A DNA stretch of 64,000 nt from Flectonema sp. DT1601. Its lineage: Eukaryota. The stretch's first letter is position 1; every line of letters starts with the position of its first letter. This document shows, piece by piece, positions 58,730 through 64,000 of this stretch. The notes below the pieces were generated by a model. It worked only from the letters and a program-made list of their open reading frames with translations, was not told the DNA's origin and did not search any database. The stretch spans positions 124,001-188,000 of the forward strand of contig OZ025791.1 of assembly GCA_964019425.1 (NCBI GenBank). Reading direction: 5' to 3'. Position numbers and translations under genes: made by a program.

Positions 58730-60734
58730 CGGGTCACCGACTGCGGGAAATTCAGATTCCACACTTTTTTTTATTCGAAATTAAGATTTGAATACAACAA
58801 CTGACGGCAGCTTCACAATTAAAAAATATCAGCTGCGTATCTACAGTGATTCCTTACGTGGAGACAATCGATTGGCCAATCGTGACGGCGTCTACGCTGT
58901 CACCCCCTTCACTTGGCGAACCCAATTTAAAAGGGAATTTCCAAAGTAATATCTGAAGCGACGACTTCGATATCAAAAATTATTACAAACGCAGGGAAAG
59001 AACGAAAGGAATCACATCATAATTACTCACCTCTTATTTCAGATTCAAAGACAAGTTTTTTTAACAGTAACTACCATATTAGTTACTAATATTTAGAATA
59101 TGAGTTTTGTTATAAGAAGTGCACTAAAATCAAAATATAAAAAAAATAAAAAAAAATGTTATAATAAACACAAGTTGTTCTGTGAAAAAACGTAGCCTTA
59201 ATATTCTGCTACTTGATTTGTTCCCCTGTAGTACGTTTTGGGGACTTCATTTTAGTTTTTTTTTTTTTTTTTTTTTTTGATAAATTGGATATCAATGTCT
59301 AATCACCCATCGGAGCTCGTCAGGAAGTTAGTTTTAATACCGCAGACGACGTCTCAGATTAAAATTTGCTGCTTCAACTATTTTTGAGTTGCTGTTTATT
59401 ACTATCAGAAATTAGTAAATTGTCGAGCCGGTTAACTTTTCTATTTTGCCTTTTAGTCACTCTTGTTCTCTGCAATCTTTTTTTTTTCTTCATGTAAGCT
59501 GAATTAGTCTGCTTTCGAAAACTTAACTACAAAAAAAAATCGGTGAAAAAAGTAGAAAAAAAAAACCTCGATAAAAAAACTCAACTGGGAAATTTTCTTT
59601 TGATTTAATTTAAAATTCTTTTTTTAAACATCTGTTTTTTTTTTTTTTTTTTTTAATATTATAATTGCTTTTTTTTTCTTTTTTTTTTTTTTCTTCTTTT
59701 TGTTTTGTTCCCTCTGGATAAAAGGATTATTTCTTCGTACATAAAAGCTGAGCTATGAATTAAGTTTTTTGAGCGGATCATCTTTCCGTTTCTTCCATTC
59801 GGTCAAGTTATCATGTTTGGCTCACATTTCTTACTGCAGCCTATTTGACCATACATCAGGTTGGTACCTTGATGTTTGCTGTTGTTGAACTCGCACTGAT
59901 GCTGCATCGCTAACAGCTGTTTTTCGGATATATATATATTTTTTTTTCTACTGGAATATTGCACCAATCATATGAACGATAACAGAAAACAAACACCTGC
60001 CGTCAGATCGAATAAAACTGCCATCAGGTAGCGGGAGGGAATGGGGAAGTGTTCGAACAACATTCGTCTGAAACAGAATCAGAAATGAAAGAAGTGATAT
60101 GAGGGAAATGGAAAGGGCTGGGAATTACCCAACACAATAAGGGAAAAAATAAATAAAAAAAATACTGAGACCTACTTAACATACTTACCACCACTTGTAT
60201 AAGAGAGAATAGGAAGCAAGTTTCCCTTACACACCACCAAGTAACGGTAATCAGTAAACCAGCTACTTCTAAGGTAGGCAGTCATTAAATACTATTACTG
60301 GTCTGACAGCAATATTTAATTTGGTTAATTATTATATCTCAACTTTTGTGAATCCACAATTTATTAAAGATTCCGGCCACTCGTACCCGCAGGCAACGAT
60401 TAGCTGTTAAATATTTATTGCAGCGCGGCAGTGATGACAGCTACAACAGTCATCCTGAACTTTCAGATGCCGACTGAGGTAAGCAAACGCTGCTTCTGAT
60501 GAGAGGTCAGGAGGAGGACAAAAAGTAATTTCTTTCAATAAATGCTGAAGACCTGCTAAAGGCTTCGGGGGGTTCAAATTGTTCGAATTTGTCGGCAGTT
60601 GCGGACTCCAGTTGTCGTTCATTTACTGCCTGCAGTTTTTCCAACGGCCGTAAGCCGACCGTCTAGTCGTCCATAGTCGCCAGCTGTCAGCAACGATAAA
60701 GAAAAGATGAACTCCTTCCAGTTCATCATTTCTT

Positions 60735-63700
60735 TCAACCGACATCAGTTGACGGGGTTTCTTCTGAAGTTTCACCTGAAGAAGTTAAAATAACAAGTTC
60801 CTCATCATCGAGGAAGATAGCTCCGCTGTTAGTGGAACCGATACTTTGACGAGGTTTCTTTTTTGACGCTTCCGTTGGCAGGTCATCGGATTCGATACTG
60901 TGACGAGGTGGAAATACCGGAACAGTAAAACGACGTTCATGTGGAGAGAGCGTCGTATCCAAATCGTTGTCATCTGCAATGCCATACGGAAGTGACGGCG
61001 AACTGGTTTTCAACGCGTGAAACGACTTCCTAGCTGACCGAAGATCTGATGCCCAAGAATCACCCATCGTTAGCACTGCAACAGCTGCTGCATATGAAAT
61101 CTCGAGCATTGGGCCGTGATCTTCCCACAATTTACGACGTTTTGCAATAAATCGTTTCCACCTTTCTTGAATTCTGAGAGCAGCGAACAAGTGATAAACT
61201 GTGAAGGCTTCCTCCCGTCTCGAACTCTTTTTAGTGATAGCAGACAGTGCAGCCGACTCAGCTTCAGAAATGTTAAATAACTTCTTGCTGATAGAAGTCA
61301 GGGCGTCAGTGTAGCGAAGTTCACCCTCCTTACTGACGGGGATTGAAAGGAATCGGAGATGACGTATCATTTCTGGAATTGAGTTGGGTCGGCGCAACCC
61401 AATAGGAGGCGGCAGAGATCTCAATACGTAAAGGAAGTCAACAACATATAGCCAACCCCTTGCGTAAGGATCCTTAACTAACCACTGCTCTCGGAATTCT
61501 GCGAGTGTTTCTTGAGCGACGTCTGCACTGCGTTGTTCAGAGAAGTTCTCGAGAACTACCGTAATAAACAAGTTGAGTGTTATTAAACTTCCAATAATCA
61601 TAAACACTGTGAAGTACACGATCGTCACTGCTCTTGAGGCGCCTGTTTGAGTTTGTTAACAACTTGTTTGAGTTCTAATATTTGTATTTTATTTACTAAA
61701 GAGACATACCACAGTCACTTGCTTCTTCACAACCTCGATGATTCTCACCCACTCCAACCATAATGTCATTCCATTTCTCTGCAGTACTAATTGTGTAAAG
61801 TGTGATTACTGCCGAACCTGTTTTGAGATTACTTTTATACACACAACGAACTGATAAGTAACAATCCATTCATTATTCAAAATTGATAATTCTAACATAC
61901 CAATATTCCGAAAGTTAAGCCACTTGTCAATGTAGACTCCAAGGCGGACACTACCAAACATCTGAACTCCAATAACAGCGAAGTTAAAGTAAGTACAGAG
62001 TAGTAGTAGTCCGATATTCATTAGAGATGGAAGTGCGTAATAAAGTGTTCCAAAGAGAAGTGAGAGCTCCTGTTGTTTTTTGTTTAGATTAGAATTGAGC
62101 TGGTGATTTGAAATAGAAAGTACTTATCTTTTCTTAATAACATACGTTAGCTTTCTTAATCAATCTCAATATTCTCGCAATGCGAAGTATTCTAAAGACA
62201 GCAAACCCGCTCTGATTCACTCCGAGACCTGCAAAAGAGAGCAACACGAGAACGAAATCAAATCGATTCCAACTATCAGAGAAATAAAACTTTGAGAGAG
62301 CGACAATCTTTAGCAAAGCTTCTAATCCAAAGATTCCAGTGAAGACAAGATTCGCAACGTATTCGAAATCTCCCAAACTATCAGGTTGGTTGTAGTGACG
62401 GACCGACATGACAATTACATTTGCACAGATGGCTACCATTATCCCTCTGTCGAACTGTTTGATTTAATTATTAACATTTTCTACTTATAAAGTATCAGAA
62501 AGTGAACTAACAACTGCTACATACCCATTCATTCTGCACCATGTCAAAACAGTTCGCTCGGAATTGGCTCCCAGGGCGAGGAGGTCTATTTTTGTTATTT
62601 AATTGTAAAAAGACAATCGAAGAGATAATTAAAAACTATTTCTATCGATGTACATACCTCGGCTCAAGTTGTATTTTTGAAAGTCCCTTCTGGGAACGAA
62701 CCCACTCCTGCTGTGCTTGCGTTAGGAGTGCGCTACCTTCGAGTTCTTTTCGAAGAGTTGTGAATCGATCAATCAACAGACCGATAAACAAGTTCAACGC
62801 AAAGAAATTACCAATAACCATAAAAGTTATGAAAAAGAGAGCGTTAGCAGGTGAGCTATTCTTACGAAACGTGACAGAGATGTCTGTTGCTCGAGCATCC
62901 ACACCAAGCCAGAGGATGTCGGCCCAGGTTTCACCGAGTGACACTTGGAAAAGAGTTAAAAAGGATTCAGCAACATTATCAAAATGATATCTACTGTTAG
63001 TCCATTCTCTACTAAGTGTTTCATTTGGGTATAGGTAATCTCCCCAGATGTCACTGTCGTTTTCTTCAACATAAACACATCTATTATCAGACCACTCACA
63101 GAAATACATTGGACATGTCCCCGTTGTTCGTGCAATAGAACACCTGGGAATCTTATAAGTTCCAATACAGTCTGCTTTGAACTCAATTGAAGGATCAGAA
63201 CAAAAATAAAGTTTTCCCTTAAATAACTGCACTCCTAAGATTGAGAACACCAAGAAGACGAATGACGTGATGGCTAACACGTTACCGATCGCAGGAAGTG
63301 CGTGGAACAGTGCGCGAACTACCACTTTGATATTTGGAAAACGAATAATAAGACGAAGGGTTCGGAGAGATCTGAATAAAGCAAAGAAAGGAATAAATAA
63401 TCCCAAGATAGCTGTTATACAAACAGCGAAGTCAACTCTATTCCATGTGTTGCAGAGGTAAGGACAAAGTTCTTCATAATCATCAGCTGCGGAGTTGTCC
63501 TGATGAGCGTCTGTTTCGGGATCTAACTGCTCCTCTTGTTCTTCATCATTTGAGATATCATTTTCTAATGATTCACCGTACTGTTCTGATTCTTCATTTT
63601 GAGAGCTTCGAACTTCTGTTGTTTGTAACGTCTTGCGAGAAGTATCATCATCGAGTATTCTAGCAAGCGCTTCCTTTGATGGCATTGGTTGTTCTTCGTC

Positions 63701-64000
63701 TATTTCAGCACTACAACATCCTGTAAAAGGATCATCACCAACGAATCCATAAACAATTATCTTCATCGCAGCCTCAACTGTGAACAAAACAACAAACGCG
63801 ATATCACTCCCGTCTAAGAAGTCCCGAAACGCAGCCGGCTGATCTTTTGTCCATGGACCCTCTAACGATAATGTTATCGCATTGATCACAATAATAAATA
63901 CGATTATATAATCAAAGAACTGATGGCGGACTATTCTCGTTAAGAATATTCTAAAAGAGTTATCAGCAGCAAATATGTTGAGCGACTTACCTGGAAAGAC
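60735..64000 (-). CDS. Four-domain voltage-gated Ca2+/Na+-type channel alpha subunit, 3' part (domains III-IV and C-tail), 5' end outside window; exons 64000-62658, 62585-62525, 62454-62146, 62069-61901, 61817-61710, 61642-60735
   Basis: S4 segments FRSLRTLRLIIR and FRILRIARILRLIKK; pore loops FQVSLGETWADIL (DIII) and YTISTAEKWNDIM (DIV); S6 FFALNLFIGLLIDRF and LNLFITVVLENF; III-IV linker LLTQAQQEW; C-tail LRSLPPPIG and IQ motif AALRIQERWKRF. Confidence 0.93.

Noticed and set aside
57480..59720. Phe/Lys-rich short ORFs and long poly-A/T runs
   Set aside because: Low-complexity UTR/intergenic homopolymers, not coding.

Overview
Eukaryotic, AT-rich nuclear DNA, most likely from a euglenozoan such as a diplonemid (inferred, not confirmed). 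About 22 protein genes all lie on the minus strand, suggesting a polycistron-like directional cluster, yet they are split by short GT-AG introns. I reconstructed 30 introns by reading-frame and protein-family continuity. Recognisable genes: STIMATE/TMEM110-like, a CUB-like/Pro-Thr-stalk multi-TM surface protein, Aha1-N, an ARM-repeat protein, RPL29, two paralogous N-acylated triple-domain theta-like GSTs 31 kb apart, a PH/SAM/DLL-motif protein, an Akt/PKB-like kinase, an SNase-like protein, a WD40/coiled-coil protein, TRAPPC5, a PPR protein, Rab2 and the 3' half of a four-domain Ca2+-type voltage-gated channel. The most striking signal is the splice code. 29/30 cis-intron acceptors have an A/C-rich tract instead of a polypyrimidine tract and 29/30 donors are GTNTG, whereas the AGs just upstream of most start codons (putative SL trans-splice sites) carry U/Y-rich tracts. 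Also notable: the concertedly evolving triple GSTs and a duplicated ~110-bp structured element in a 6.5-kb gene-free stretch. All splice models are sequence-only inferences with no transcript evidence.
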